From NCBI GenBank assembly GCA_963815115.1, contig CAWFFN010000009.1:224001-288000 (forward strand): a stretch of 64,000 nt of DNA, read 5' to 3'. The stretch is from an uncultured delta proteobacterium. GTDB taxonomy: Bacteria > Desulfobacterota > Binatia > DP-6. How positions within the stretch are numbered: position 1 is the first letter of the stretch; each line of letters begins with the position of its first letter. Position numbers and translations under genes: made by a program. Positions 1 to 12,893 of this stretch are shown here, piece by piece. Below the pieces are notes generated by a model. That model was given only the letters and a program-made list of their open reading frames with translations, was not told the origin of the DNA and searched no databases.

Positions 1-1
1 G

Positions 2-1006
2 ATCTACCATCTCAAGGGATCGCCGGCGGACCCGGATCGCCTGTACGTGTCGCAGGGCACCGGCTGGTTCGGCCAGTTGATCCAGCGCTCGGACGACGGC
101 GGCAGGACCTGGGAGCCGGTGGGCAACCAGTTCGCGTATGACGGCGTCACCGGCACGCACCTCTGGTATGACGGCACGCCCCACCCGTGGGAGTTCGCAC
201 GCGTCTGGCACCTCGAGCCATCGTCGACCGACCCGGACACCGTCTACGCCGGAGTCGAGGACGCGGCGCTGTTCCGCACGATCGACGGCGGCCGGTCGTG
301 GCACGAGCTGGCCGGGCTGCGCACCCACGGATCGGCATCCTCCTGGCAGCCGGGTGCCGGAGGCATGTGCCTGCACACGATTCTCCTCGACCCGACCCAT
401 CCCGAGCGGATCTTCGTCGCGATCTCGTCGGCCGGAGCTTTCCGGACCGACGATGCCGGCAAGACGTGGCGGCCGATCAACCGGGGTCTCAAGTCGGAGG
501 GCATTCCCGACCCCGCCGCCGAGGTCGGGCACTGCGTGCATCGCATCGCGGTGCACCGCTCGCGTCCCGGCGTGCTGTTCATGCAGAAGCACTGGGACGT
601 CATGCGGAGCGACGACGGCGGCGAGAGCTGGCACGAGGTGAGCGGGAACCTGCCCAGCGACTTCGGCTTTCCCATCGACGTGCACGCGCACGAGCCGGAG
701 ACCATCTACGTCGTGCCGATCAAGAGCGACTCGGAGCACTACCCCCCGGAGGGCAAGCTGCGCGTCTACCGGAGCCGCACCGGCGGAAACGAGTGGGAGG
801 CGCTCACCAGGGGGCTTCCGCAGAGCGACTGCTACGTGAACGTGCTGCGCGACGCGATGGCCGTCGACTCGCTGGATTCGTGCGGCGTGTACTTCGGCAC
901 CACCGGCGGGCAGGTATACGCCTCGGCGGACGCCGGGGACACGTGGTCGCCCATCGTCCGCGATCTTCCCGCCGTGCTGTCCGTCGAGGTGCAGACGCTG
1001 CCATGA
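2..1006 (+). CDS. BNR/Asp-box repeat beta-propeller protein (sialidase/Ycf48-like), 5'-truncated by the window edge
   Basis: Repeated S/T-x-D-G-G-x-T/S-W Asp-boxes ([41 protein letters not shown]); frame is open from base 2. Confidence 0.85.
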   Translation: MYHLKGSPADPDRLYVSQGTGWFGQLIQRSDDGGRTWEPVGNQFAYDGVTGTHLWYDGTPHPWEFARVWHLEPSSTDPDTVYAGVEDAALFRTIDGGRSWHELAGLRTHGSASSWQPGAGGMCLHTILLDPTHPERIFVAISSAGAFRTDDAGKTWRPINRGLKSEGIPDPAAEVGHCVHRIAVHRSRPGVLFMQKHWDVMRSDDGGESWHEVSGNLPSDFGFPIDVHAHEPETIYVVPIKSDSEHYPPEGKLRVYRSRTGGNEWEALTRGLPQSDCYVNVLRDAMAVDSLDSCGVYFGTTGGQVYASADAGDTWSPIVRDLPAVLSVEVQTLP

Positions 1007-1299
1007 TCCGGGTCGTCCTCCCGGCCCACCTGCAGAAGCTGGCGCACGTCGAGCGCGAGGTGGCCCTCGACGTCGAGGGCGCGATCACGCAGCGGGCCGT
1101 CCTCGACGCGCTCGAGGCGCGCTATCCGATGCTGCGCGGGACGATTCGCGACCACGAGACGAAGCGGCGGCGGCCGTTCGTGCGCTTCTTCGCCTGCCAG
1201 GAGGACCTCTCGAACGAGGCGCCGGACATGCTGCTGCCCGAGGCGGTCGCGACCGGGGCCGAGCCGTTTCTGGTCGTCGGCGCGATGGCCGGCGGCTAG
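1003..1299 (+). CDS. MoaD/ThiS family ubiquitin-like protein (98 aa)
   Basis: [10 protein letters not shown]...RPFVRFF...GAMAGG* with a C-terminal Gly-Gly; ATGA overlap with the upstream stop. Confidence 0.85.
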   Translation: MIRVVLPAHLQKLAHVEREVALDVEGAITQRAVLDALEARYPMLRGTIRDHETKRRRPFVRFFACQEDLSNEAPDMLLPEAVATGAEPFLVVGAMAGG

Positions 1300-1341
1300 C
1301 AGTCGGAGGCCGCATCCAGATGCGACGAGCGAAGGAACGCG

Positions 1342-1715
1342 ATGAGCGGCGGAGGATTCTCCGGGGAGCGGCTCGGCCGCATGCACGAGGTGATGGCCGG
1401 CCACGTCGAGCGCGGTAACGTGCCCGGTCTCGTGACGCTGGTCAGCCGGCACGGCGACGTCCATGTCGACGTGATCGGGACGAAAGCGCTCGGCGGCGGG
1501 GACCCGACGCGGTGCGACACGATCTTCCGGGTCACCTCCATGACCAAGCCGGTCACCGCGGCGGCGGCGATGATCCAGGTGGAGGAATGCAGGCTGCGGC
1601 TGACCCGGCCGAGGACATGGCCGCGATCCTGATGACCCAGCGCGCGGGTTTTCCTCAGATGTCGGGCGTCTACCTCGACGTCTGGACGTCGGCGTACCAG
1701 GCGATCGCCGACTGA
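1342..1715 (+). pseudogene. Serine hydrolase/beta-lactamase family gene with a large internal deletion and frameshift
   Basis: N-terminus with SxxK (FRVTSMTKP) is joined near 1601, in another frame, to a family-typical C-terminus (DPAEDMAAILMTQR...WTSAYQAIAD). Confidence 0.8.
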
Positions 1716-1724
1716 GCCGTGGCG

Positions 1725-1754
1725 TGTCGATTTCGCGGATGCCGGTTCGTCGTC
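1725..1754 (+). promoter_or_regulatory. Putative ECF42-type sigma promoter
   Basis: TGTCGA (1725-1730), 16-nt spacer, TCGTC (1747-1751); upstream of a DGPF/YciI gene in a cluster with an ECF42-like sigma. Confidence 0.7.
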
Positions 1755-1833
1755 CTGTCGAGCGCGGCTTGACGGCCGATCGAGATCTCCCGGAAGGCCA
1801 GCTCCGAACCCGGAAACACGAGGAGAGACGACG

Positions 1834-2256
1834 ATGCGATTCTTGATGATGGTGAAGGCGAACGAGGACTCCGAAGCCGGCGTCATGCCGGACGACGCGC
1901 TCATCGCCGAGATGGGGCGGTACAACGAGGAGCTGGCGAAGGCGGGCGTCCTCCTCGATCTCTCCGGGCTCCAGCCCAGCTCCAGGGGCGTGCGGATCAG
2001 GTTCTCCGGAGGCAAGCGCACCGTGATCGACGGCCCCTTCACGGAGACCAAGGAGCTGATCGCCGGCTACTGGCTGATCCAGGTGAAGTCCAGGGAAGAG
2101 GCGATCGAGTGGGCCAGGCGCGCTCCGGCGCCTCACGGCGAGGGAGCGGAGGGCGAGATCGAGCTCCGGCAGCTGTTCGAGCTGGAGGACTTCGCTCCCA
2201 GCGAGGCGATCGACCGCGCGCGCGAGCTCGAGAAGCAGCTCGCGAGGAGCAAGTAG
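1834..2256 (+). CDS. YciI/DGPF family protein
   Basis: MRFLMMVKA...IDGPFTETKELIAGYW signature; GGAG RBS. Confidence 0.9.
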   Translation: MRFLMMVKANEDSEAGVMPDDALIAEMGRYNEELAKAGVLLDLSGLQPSSRGVRIRFSGGKRTVIDGPFTETKELIAGYWLIQVKSREEAIEWARRAPAPHGEGAEGEIELRQLFELEDFAPSEAIDRARELEKQLARSK

Positions 2257-2260
2257 CCCG

Positions 2261-2908
2261 ATGTCTCTCGAGCTCTACTTCCACCCGCTGTCGTCGTTCT
2301 GCCAGAAGGTGCTCATCGCGCTGTACGAGAACGAGACGCGCTTCGTGCCGCACGTCGTCGACTTCGGCAACGAAGCGTCCAGCGCGAAGCTCAGGAAGCT
2401 GTGGCCGGTCGGGAAGATTCCCGTGCTGCGCGATGAGGCCAGGGATCGCACGGTCCCCGAGTCCAGCACCATCATCGAGTACCTGGCGCAGCACTACCCG
2501 GGCGGGACGAAGCTCGTCCCCGCGGATCCGGATCTCGCCCGGCAGACGCGCCTGGTCGATCGCTTCTACGACCTGCAGGTGAACGTCCCGATGCAGAAGG
2601 TCGTCACCGACCGGCTCCGGCCGGAGGGACAGCACGATCCGTACGGCGTCGAGCAGGCAAAGGCGGCGCTGCGGACCGCGTACGGCATGATCGAGCAGGG
2701 AATGGACGCGAAGACCTGGGCCATGGGCGATGACTTCACCATGGCCGACTGCGCCGCCGCGCCGGCGCTGGCCTATGCCGACATGGTGCTGCCCTTCGGC
2801 GACGAGCACCCGCACGCGGTGGCGTACCTGGCCCGCCTGCAGGAGCGCCCGTCATTCGCCCGCGCGATGCGGGAAGCGGCGCCTTACCTCGCTCAGTTCC
2901 CGAAGTAG
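2261..2908 (+). CDS. Glutathione S-transferase family protein
   Basis: HPLSSFCQKV, GKIPVL, ESSTIIEYL and FTMADCAAAPAL motifs. Confidence 0.9.
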   Translation: MSLELYFHPLSSFCQKVLIALYENETRFVPHVVDFGNEASSAKLRKLWPVGKIPVLRDEARDRTVPESSTIIEYLAQHYPGGTKLVPADPDLARQTRLVDRFYDLQVNVPMQKVVTDRLRPEGQHDPYGVEQAKAALRTAYGMIEQGMDAKTWAMGDDFTMADCAAAPALAYADMVLPFGDEHPHAVAYLARLQERPSFARAMREAAPYLAQFPK

Positions 2909-2960
2909 CGCGATCTAGCCCCCCGGCGCCCAAAGCACTTTCGAGCAGAGGAGAGACCCG

Positions 2961-3329
2961 ATGAGCGTGACACCCTATTTGACGTTGACGGACGCGAAGG
3001 CCGCCATCGACTTCTACGTCAAGGCCTTCGGCGCGGTGGAGCAGTTCCGCCTGCCGGCGGACGACGGGAAGAAGATCATGCATGCGGTGCTGAGCGTCGC
3101 CGGGGGCACCGTCTTCCTGAGCGACATGGGACCGAGCCAGCAGCCGGCGAGCGTCGCGGTCGCCCTCGGCCTCGAGAACGCGCAGGCCGTGGATGCCCTG
3201 GCGACCCGGGTGGCCGAAGCGGGGGCTACCATCAACTTCGGGCCGCAGGACATGTTCTGGGGCGACCGCTTCGCCGAGCTGACCGACCCCTTCGGTCACC
3301 GGTGGCTACTGAGCGCGCCCAAGGCCTGA
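2961..3329 (+). CDS. VOC/glyoxalase (PhnB-like) protein
   Basis: VTPYL...AIDFY..AFGA...DMFWGDRF...DPFGHRW. Confidence 0.9.
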   Translation: MSVTPYLTLTDAKAAIDFYVKAFGAVEQFRLPADDGKKIMHAVLSVAGGTVFLSDMGPSQQPASVAVALGLENAQAVDALATRVAEAGATINFGPQDMFWGDRFAELTDPFGHRWLLSAPKA

Positions 3330-3347
3330 AACCCGAAGGATGGTGCA

Positions 3348-3710
3348 ATGCCGTATCTGATGCTGATCATGGAAGACCCGGACATGAGGCGGAGCCGGCG
3401 ACCCGAGGAGGGGCGGCGGGCCCGCGATCGCATGTCGCAGTTCGCCGATGGCTTACGGGCGCGCGGCGTGCTCCGGGCCTGCGAATCGCTCACGTCCGAT
3501 GCCCAGGGCGCCCGCATCCAGGTTCGAGGCGGTAAGCGGAGCGTCGTCGACGGTCCGTTTGCGGAATCGAAGGAGATCGTCGGAGGCTTCTTCCTTCTCG
3601 ACTGTCGGACCAGGGAGGAGGCGGTCGCGATCGCCAGCGAGTGCCCCGCCACGGAGTGGGCGACCGTCGAGGTGCGCGAGCTGGGGCCGTGCTGGGAGGG
3701 CAACGAGTGA
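3348..3710 (+). CDS. YciI/DGPF family protein
   Basis: VVDGPFAESKEIVGGFF...VEVRE. Confidence 0.9.
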   Translation: MPYLMLIMEDPDMRRSRRPEEGRRARDRMSQFADGLRARGVLRACESLTSDAQGARIQVRGGKRSVVDGPFAESKEIVGGFFLLDCRTREEAVAIASECPATEWATVEVRELGPCWEGNE

Positions 3711-3763
3711 CGCCCGCCGCCGAACGCTTGCACTAGCGGAGGAAGATGCTGTGATCGGAGGCC

Positions 3764-5050
3764 GTGCCGGCTTCCGATATCCAGCGCGCGATCGACGCGG
3801 TCTGGCGGATAGAGTCCGCGCGGCTCATCGCCGGACTCGCGCGCATCGTACGCGACGTCGGCGTGGCCGAGGACCTCGCCCAGGAGGCCCTGGTCGCCGC
3901 GCTCGAGCGGTGGCCGGAGTCGGGCATCCCGGACAAGCCGGGCGCCTGGCTCATGGCCACGGCCAAGCATCGCGCCATCGACCTGCTGCGCCGCCGCACG
4001 CTGCTCGAGCGCAAGCACGAGGAGCTCGGCCGCGAGCTCGAGGTGGAGCGCGAGCTGGCCGCGCCGGATCTCGATGCCGCGATCGACGATCACATCGGCG
4101 ACGATGTCCTGCGGCTGGTCTTCATCGCCTGCCATCCCGTGCTCTCGACCGAGGCGCGGGTGGCGCTCACCCTCCGCCTCCTCGGCGGCCTGACCACCGA
4201 GGAGATCGCGCGCGCATTCCTCGTACCGGAGTCGACGGTCGCCCAGCGCATCGTCCGGGCCAAGCGGACCCTGGCCGAGCAGCACGTGCCCTTCGAGGTG
4301 CCCCGCGGCGCCGAGCTCGCGGCCCGGCTCTCGTCCGTTCTCGAGGCCGTCTACCTCGTCTTCAACGAAGGCTACTCGGCGACCGCCGGTGACGACTGGA
4401 TGCGACCGGCGCTGTGCGACGACGCGCTCCGCCTCGGCCGTATCCTGGCCGGTCTGATGCCGGAGGAGGCGGAGGTCCACGGCCTCGTGGCCTTGATGGA
4501 GATCCAGGCGTCGCGCGCCCGGGCACGCAGTGGTCCCTCGGGAGAGCCCGTGCTGCTGCTCGATCAGAACCGTGCGTTGTGGGACCGCGTCCTGGTGCGT
4601 CGCGGTCTCGCGGCGCTCGAGCGGGCCGGGGCGCTCGGCGGCGCCCAGGGTCCCTACGCGTTGCAGGCCGCGATCGCCGCCTGTCACGCCCGGGCCCGGA
4701 CGGCGGCGGCCACCGACTGGGCGCGCATCGCGGCGCTCTACGAGGCGCTCGTCCGGCTCACGCCTTCCCCCGTCGTGGAGCTCAATCGCGCGGTCGCGGT
4801 CGCGATGGCATCGGGGCCGGCCGCGGGTCTCGAGCTGGTCGATGCGCTGACCTCGGAGCCGTCGCTGCGAAGCTACCATCTCCTGCCGAGCGTGCGCGGC
4901 GAGCTCCTCGCGAAGCTCGGCCGCTTCGACGAGGCGCGGGCGGAGTGCGAACGCGCTGCCTCCCTCACGCGCAACGCCCGCGAGCGCGACCTGCTCCTCG
5001 CGCGCGCCGCGGCCTACGCCCGCGGCTCGGCGGAGCTGTCGGCGACCTAG
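3764..5050 (+). CDS. ECF sigma-70 factor with C-terminal TPR-like extension (ECF42-like)
   Basis: AEDLAQEAL (region 2), LRLVFIACHP, EEIARAFLVPESTVAQRIVRAK (region 4), YALQAAIAACH tail; DGPF genes adjacent. Confidence 0.9.
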   Translation: MPASDIQRAIDAVWRIESARLIAGLARIVRDVGVAEDLAQEALVAALERWPESGIPDKPGAWLMATAKHRAIDLLRRRTLLERKHEELGRELEVERELAAPDLDAAIDDHIGDDVLRLVFIACHPVLSTEARVALTLRLLGGLTTEEIARAFLVPESTVAQRIVRAKRTLAEQHVPFEVPRGAELAARLSSVLEAVYLVFNEGYSATAGDDWMRPALCDDALRLGRILAGLMPEEAEVHGLVALMEIQASRARARSGPSGEPVLLLDQNRALWDRVLVRRGLAALERAGALGGAQGPYALQAAIAACHARARTAAATDWARIAALYEALVRLTPSPVVELNRAVAVAMASGPAAGLELVDALTSEPSLRSYHLLPSVRGELLAKLGRFDEARAECERAASLTRNARERDLLLARAAAYARGSAELSAT

Positions 5051-5105
5051 AGCGGGATCGACGCTCGAGCGAGCCCGGTCGCTACTCCGGTTGGGTCGCG
5101 CTCGC

Positions 5106-5774
5106 CTACCGGGAGGCACTGGCCCGCGACAAGTCAGGCTCCAGCGAGGCGATCGGCGTCCGCTGTACCCGCGCGACCCAGTAGAAGATGAGCGGCGTGA
5201 GGACGACGGTTGGAGCCAGCCAGACCACGAACGCCGGTTCGAACCGGATGTTGACCACGGCGAACGCGGTGAGCGCCGCGATGGTTGCACCCAGCATCCT
5301 GCCGAGGTGAACCGTGATGCGAAGAACTCCCCGATATCGAGCGCCTCGCAGGAGCCACAGGTCGGTGAATGAAAGGGCACCGCCGATGGTCCCGAATACG
5401 AGCAGCACGATCCCCATGTGGTCTCCCGATCGGATCAGGGCGAGTCCCCTGGCACCCATCGCGACCGCCGCGACGACCATCACGATCGCTGCCGCCCAGT
5501 CCAGCCCGGTGGCAACCCCGGTGCGATTCCGCGCTCGGAGCCAGCCGGTGCCGGCAAGGTAGAAGCTGAAGATGGCGATGAGCAGGAGGAACAGGTTCGG
5601 CCTGATCAGCGTCATCGGAACTGCCGTGAGGAAGACCCCCAGCATCGCGATCACGAAGGCTCTTCCGGAGTAGGCGTGCCAACGGCCGCCCTTCGAGGTG
5701 GCAAGCGCGATGGCAGCGCTCAGCAGGGCGGTGGTCCCGCTCGCGATGTGCAGCGGGAGGAGAACGTCATACAT
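5106..5774 (-). CDS. Integral membrane protein (DUF2306-like)
   Basis: About six hydrophobic helices; HIASG...KGGRWH..SGR..HLGRMLG pattern. Confidence 0.65.
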   Translation of the reverse strand: MYDVLLPLHIASGTTALLSAAIALATSKGGRWHAYSGRAFVIAMLGVFLTAVPMTLIRPNLFLLLIAIFSFYLAGTGWLRARNRTGVATGLDWAAAIVMVVAAVAMGARGLALIRSGDHMGIVLLVFGTIGGALSFTDLWLLRGARYRGVLRITVHLGRMLGATIAALTAFAVVNIRFEPAFVVWLAPTVVLTPLIFYWVARVQRTPIASLEPDLSRASASR

Positions 5775-5839
5775 GGGGCGAGCCTCGCGCCACGGTGCTG
5801 ATCGGTTGGAGACGCGGTTTCATGGGCGCGGCGCTTCTC

Positions 5840-6526
5840 TCACGCCAGCTCCGGCGCCAGCCGCCACAGGAACGTCCCGACGACGAGCGCCCACACGAGC
5901 AGCGCGCAGCTCGCGGGCATGCTGAGGTTCATGGCGAGCGCGGAGAACCCGGTGTACGCCTGCGCGACGCCCGCGGCGACGGTGGCGAGCGCTGCGATGA
6001 GACCGAGGCGGCCGAGCCAGCGCGGGAACCGGCGGCTGCACAGCATCGCGATGCCGAACGCCGAGAGGGTGAGTCCGAACAGCACGCCGAGCAGGCTCGC
6101 CATGCCGACCTCGATCTGGCGCACGGCGAAGGCTCCCTCGAAGGCGCGCGCACGGGAGTCGCCGGCTGCCTGCATCCAGCGCGTGACCATCACTCTGAGC
6201 GCCACGCCGTCGACCGCCTGGAGGCCGGCTGCTGCCGCGACGCTCGCTGCCGTTCCGGCGACCCCGATCCGGCCCCAGGCTGCTGCGGGCCCCGCTTCCA
6301 TCGCTGCCGCCAGCGCCACCAGGGCGACGGCGAGGATGGCAATGCCGGTGAACTGGCCGAGGTGGCTGGCAACCCAGAGACGGTCGGCGGCGTACTCGGC
6401 GAACGCCGCCGGCGCGTCGTTCGGATCGGCGCTCATCGGGTGGAGCAGCGTCGCGACGAACAGCGTCACGGCGCCACCCACGGCCGCCACGGCGCCGATT
6501 CGCACCAGATGTTGCGGGGTGCTCAC
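5840..6526 (-). CDS. Integral membrane protein (DUF4386-like)
   Basis: Hydrophobic 3' part of ORF 5840-7228; GTG at 6526 overlaps the GNAT stop (GTGA). Confidence 0.65.
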   Translation of the reverse strand: MSTPQHLVRIGAVAAVGGAVTLFVATLLHPMSADPNDAPAAFAEYAADRLWVASHLGQFTGIAILAVALVALAAAMEAGPAAAWGRIGVAGTAASVAAAAGLQAVDGVALRVMVTRWMQAAGDSRARAFEGAFAVRQIEVGMASLLGVLFGLTLSAFGIAMLCSRRFPRWLGRLGLIAALATVAAGVAQAYTGFSALAMNLSMPASCALLVWALVVGTFLWRLAPELA

Positions 6527-7047
6527 ACGGATTCGGGCTTCCGCGGTCGGCGGCCGCCGTCTCCGCGGCGTTCGCCGATGACCCGTCCGCGGGACGGGAG
6601 ATCGACCCGCAGCAGCGGAAGGGCACGGCCCTTCGGTGTCGACGGAACCTCTCCGACCCGCCGCGCTCCCATGCGGCGATAGAACCCCTCCGCGTTCGGG
6701 TCCGAGGCCACGTCGAGCCGCGTGACCCGCATGACGTGAAGGCGGCGGACGAGGTGCGCGAAGAGCGCCCGCCCGACGCCGGCGCGGATGCGCCTCGGGT
6801 GCACCCACAAGTGCTCGAGCTCCCTCACCGGACCCGTGCCCGAGATCGCGTAGAAGCCGACGACCTCGCCGCCGTGGGCGGCGCAGTACACCGGGTGGCG
6901 ATCGATGAAGCCCGGGGTGACCGTGAGGTCGCGTTGCCAGAGTCGGAGGAGCCTCTCCGGATATCCCCAGTAGCGCTTCGCCGCGTGGGCGACCCGGGTC
7001 AGGGCGGCGGCATCGGCTCGTCGGGCCCTTCGGATCGGGGCGTTCAT
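6523..7047 (-). CDS. GNAT family N-acetyltransferase
   Basis: AKRYWGY...LEHLWVHP..IRAGVGRAL...SDPNAEGFYRRMG; ATGA overlap. Confidence 0.85.
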   Translation of the reverse strand: MNAPIRRARRADAAALTRVAHAAKRYWGYPERLLRLWQRDLTVTPGFIDRHPVYCAAHGGEVVGFYAISGTGPVRELEHLWVHPRRIRAGVGRALFAHLVRRLHVMRVTRLDVASDPNAEGFYRRMGARRVGEVPSTPKGRALPLLRVDLPSRGRVIGERRGDGGRRPRKPESV

Positions 7048-7625
7048 CGAGTATCCCTCGGGGCGTCCCTCGTGAGCGCTTCGGGGCTCGGCCATGTGTA
7101 GCGGCAGCTGCGGCCGGTTCCTCCACCAGGGTTGGCGACGTCCGCAGTCCCCGCGTTGGCCGCCCCGAGCCCTTCGTAGAATCGTCTCGCCGCCTGGTTG
7201 GCCTCCCACACCCACAGGTAGACACCACGGTCTCCGTGGGACGCCGCGAGCCACGCGCCGGCGTGCCTCATGAGACCGGAGCCGACCCCCGCTCGTCGAT
7301 GGTCGTGTGCCACGTGCAGGTTGTCGATGAAGGAACCCCACCGGGGATCCTGACCGCCGTAGGCACAGACGAAGCAGACGACCCGGGCGCGATCCGTGGC
7401 CAGGGACACGAGCTGATTTGGCGGCGGGCGGTCGAGCCGCTCTCGCCATGCCTCCTGCCGGTCGGCAAGAACATCCCCGTCGAGAAACTCGTCGCGAAAA
7501 TTTCCCCGGTAGGTCCGCCGCCAGCTGTCGGCGTGGAGCTGTGCGATGGCCTCGGCATCCTTTTCGCTGGCAATTCGATACTGCACGAGCCCGACGACCG
7601 TAGGCGACGCTCGCATCCGCCGCAA
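7044..7625 (-). CDS. GNAT family N-acetyltransferase
   Basis: HADSWRRTY...IDNLHV..HRRAGVGSGL...NQAARRFYEGLG; exact start uncertain. Confidence 0.85.
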   Translation of the reverse strand: MRRMRASPTVVGLVQYRIASEKDAEAIAQLHADSWRRTYRGNFRDEFLDGDVLADRQEAWRERLDRPPPNQLVSLATDRARVVCFVCAYGGQDPRWGSFIDNLHVAHDHRRAGVGSGLMRHAGAWLAASHGDRGVYLWVWEANQAARRFYEGLGAANAGTADVANPGGGTGRSCRYTWPSPEALTRDAPRDTR

Positions 7626-7720
7626 CGGGCCGGTCAGGCTGCGTCACGCGCTCTGGCCGGTAGTTCGAGATCGAGCCGCGAGGGCTTCCATCGGCCGCCC
7701 GGATGCGGCACGTCCGTTCC

Positions 7721-8230
7721 ATGGACACCCCGGAGATCATCGCGCAATTCGCCAAGATGCTGGAGAACCTCGACCGCTGGCTGGAGGCGGGCACCGCGTT
7801 CGCGGAGAAGAAGAAGTTCGCCCCGGACGTGCTCGCGCAGTCGCGCCTGGCCCCCGATCAGTACGAGCTGATCCGGCAGGTGCAGTCGGCCTGCGATGCC
7901 GCGAAGTACGCCGCCGGCTATCTGTCGGGGCAGGCGGCGCCGTCGCATCCCGACACGGAGAAGACCGTCGAGGAGCTGCGCGCGCGCGTCCGGACCTGCG
8001 TCCAGTATCTCCGCAGCGTGAAGCCGTCGGAGTATGCCGGTGCCGCAGACCGGCGCGTGGCTCCTCCCTGGATTCAGGGGAAGTGGTTCCGCGGCGCCGA
8101 CTATCTCGCCCAGGTCGCCGTCCCCAACTTCTACTTCCACGTGACGATGGCGTACGCCATCCTGCGCCACAACGGGGTCGATCTCGGCAAGATGGATTTC
8201 ATCGGGTCGCTGCCCGTTCGCGACGCCTGA
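7721..8230 (+). CDS. DUF1993 family protein
   Basis: RLAPDQY.L..QVQSACD.AK...PNFYFHVTMAYAILRHNGVDLGKMDF. Confidence 0.9.
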   Translation: MDTPEIIAQFAKMLENLDRWLEAGTAFAEKKKFAPDVLAQSRLAPDQYELIRQVQSACDAAKYAAGYLSGQAAPSHPDTEKTVEELRARVRTCVQYLRSVKPSEYAGAADRRVAPPWIQGKWFRGADYLAQVAVPNFYFHVTMAYAILRHNGVDLGKMDFIGSLPVRDA

Positions 8231-8246
8231 TCGGCTCGGGCTGCTC

Positions 8247-8549
8247 ATGCGGCTCGAGCGCATCCCGTGGGACGGCCCGGGCGCTCCCTCGGAGGCGACC
8301 TTGCGCAGCCGACTCGAGGCCGAGGGCTTCGGGGTCTTCTGCTGGCGCGACGAGGCCGGCGCCGCCTACACGGCGCACGCGCACGACCACGACGAGAGCC
8401 TCTGGGTGGTCGACGGAGAGATCACCTTCGGCGCCGGCGGCGCCGAGCTCCGTCTCGGCCCCGGCGATCGCCTCATGCTGCCGCGCGGCACCGTGCACAC
8501 GGCGAGGGCCGGTCCGCGCGGCGCAACCTATCTGATCGGCGAGCGCTAG
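8247..8549 (+). CDS. Cupin domain protein
   Basis: HAHDHDE...LGPGDRLMLPRGTVH cupin motifs. Confidence 0.85.
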   Translation: MRLERIPWDGPGAPSEATLRSRLEAEGFGVFCWRDEAGAAYTAHAHDHDESLWVVDGEITFGAGGAELRLGPGDRLMLPRGTVHTARAGPRGATYLIGER

Positions 8550-8624
8550 CCGGCTGTCGCGCGGGGCGGCGGCGCCCGGCTCGCGCGCCGACGTTGTCTT
8601 GACAGTGCCGGCTGCGGGAGGACA

Positions 8625-10673
<2,049 letters not shown>

Positions 10674-10692
10674 TCGAGCGATCGGCCAGCGA

Positions 10693-11286
10693 TCAGTCCT
10701 GGATCAGGACGGGCGTGCCCACCCAGACCAGGCTGGCGAACTCCTCGATCGCGGCGTTGTCGAGCGAGATGCACCCCCACGTCCAGTCGATGCGCTCGCG
10801 GTTCAACCACGGCTTGTCCGTGCCGTGGATGCCGACCGCGCCTCCCACGCCGGCGTGCCCGCTGCCGTACGCGGGCACCATGCCGTCGGCCAGCGCTGTC
10901 CGGTAGCGGTTCGAATCCTGGATGTTCGGGTAGTCGAGCAGGAAGAAGTGGCCCCAGCGCTCGTGGGCTCGCTCGCCGATGATCATGTAGAGGCCGGTCG
11001 GCGTCCGGTGATCGCCCTCGTACAGCTTGCGCTCGGTGATGCCGCCGTCCCCGAACACCGCCGGATAGCTCCGGATGCGCTGGCCGTAGCGGTAGACGTC
11101 GAGGGTGCGGCAGGTCTTGCGGATGACGACGAACGAGGGCTCCTGGGTGGCCCACTCCAGCCGATCCTCGTCGGCGAGGAAGGGCGAGGGCCCGATCTTC
11201 TTCTTGGGGGAGGCGCACGCCGTCACCACGGCCACCATCACCACCACCCCTGCCGCGACACGCAGCGCCCGCATGGTGCGTCGCAT
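10693..11286 (-). CDS. L,D-transpeptidase (YkuD) family lipoprotein
   Basis: Lipobox VTAC; EGDHRTPTG, GIHGT...WTWGCISL catalytic His/Cys. Confidence 0.85.
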   Translation of the reverse strand: MRRTMRALRVAAGVVVMVAVVTACASPKKKIGPSPFLADEDRLEWATQEPSFVVIRKTCRTLDVYRYGQRIRSYPAVFGDGGITERKLYEGDHRTPTGLYMIIGERAHERWGHFFLLDYPNIQDSNRYRTALADGMVPAYGSGHAGVGGAVGIHGTDKPWLNRERIDWTWGCISLDNAAIEEFASLVWVGTPVLIQD

Positions 11287-11353
11287 TGTTACGTAGAACC
11301 GGGGCCTTGGGCAAGCCATGCAGGCATCCGGGGAATGTGATACCGCGCCAGCC

Positions 11354-12889
<1,536 letters not shown>

Positions 12890-12893
12890 AGCC

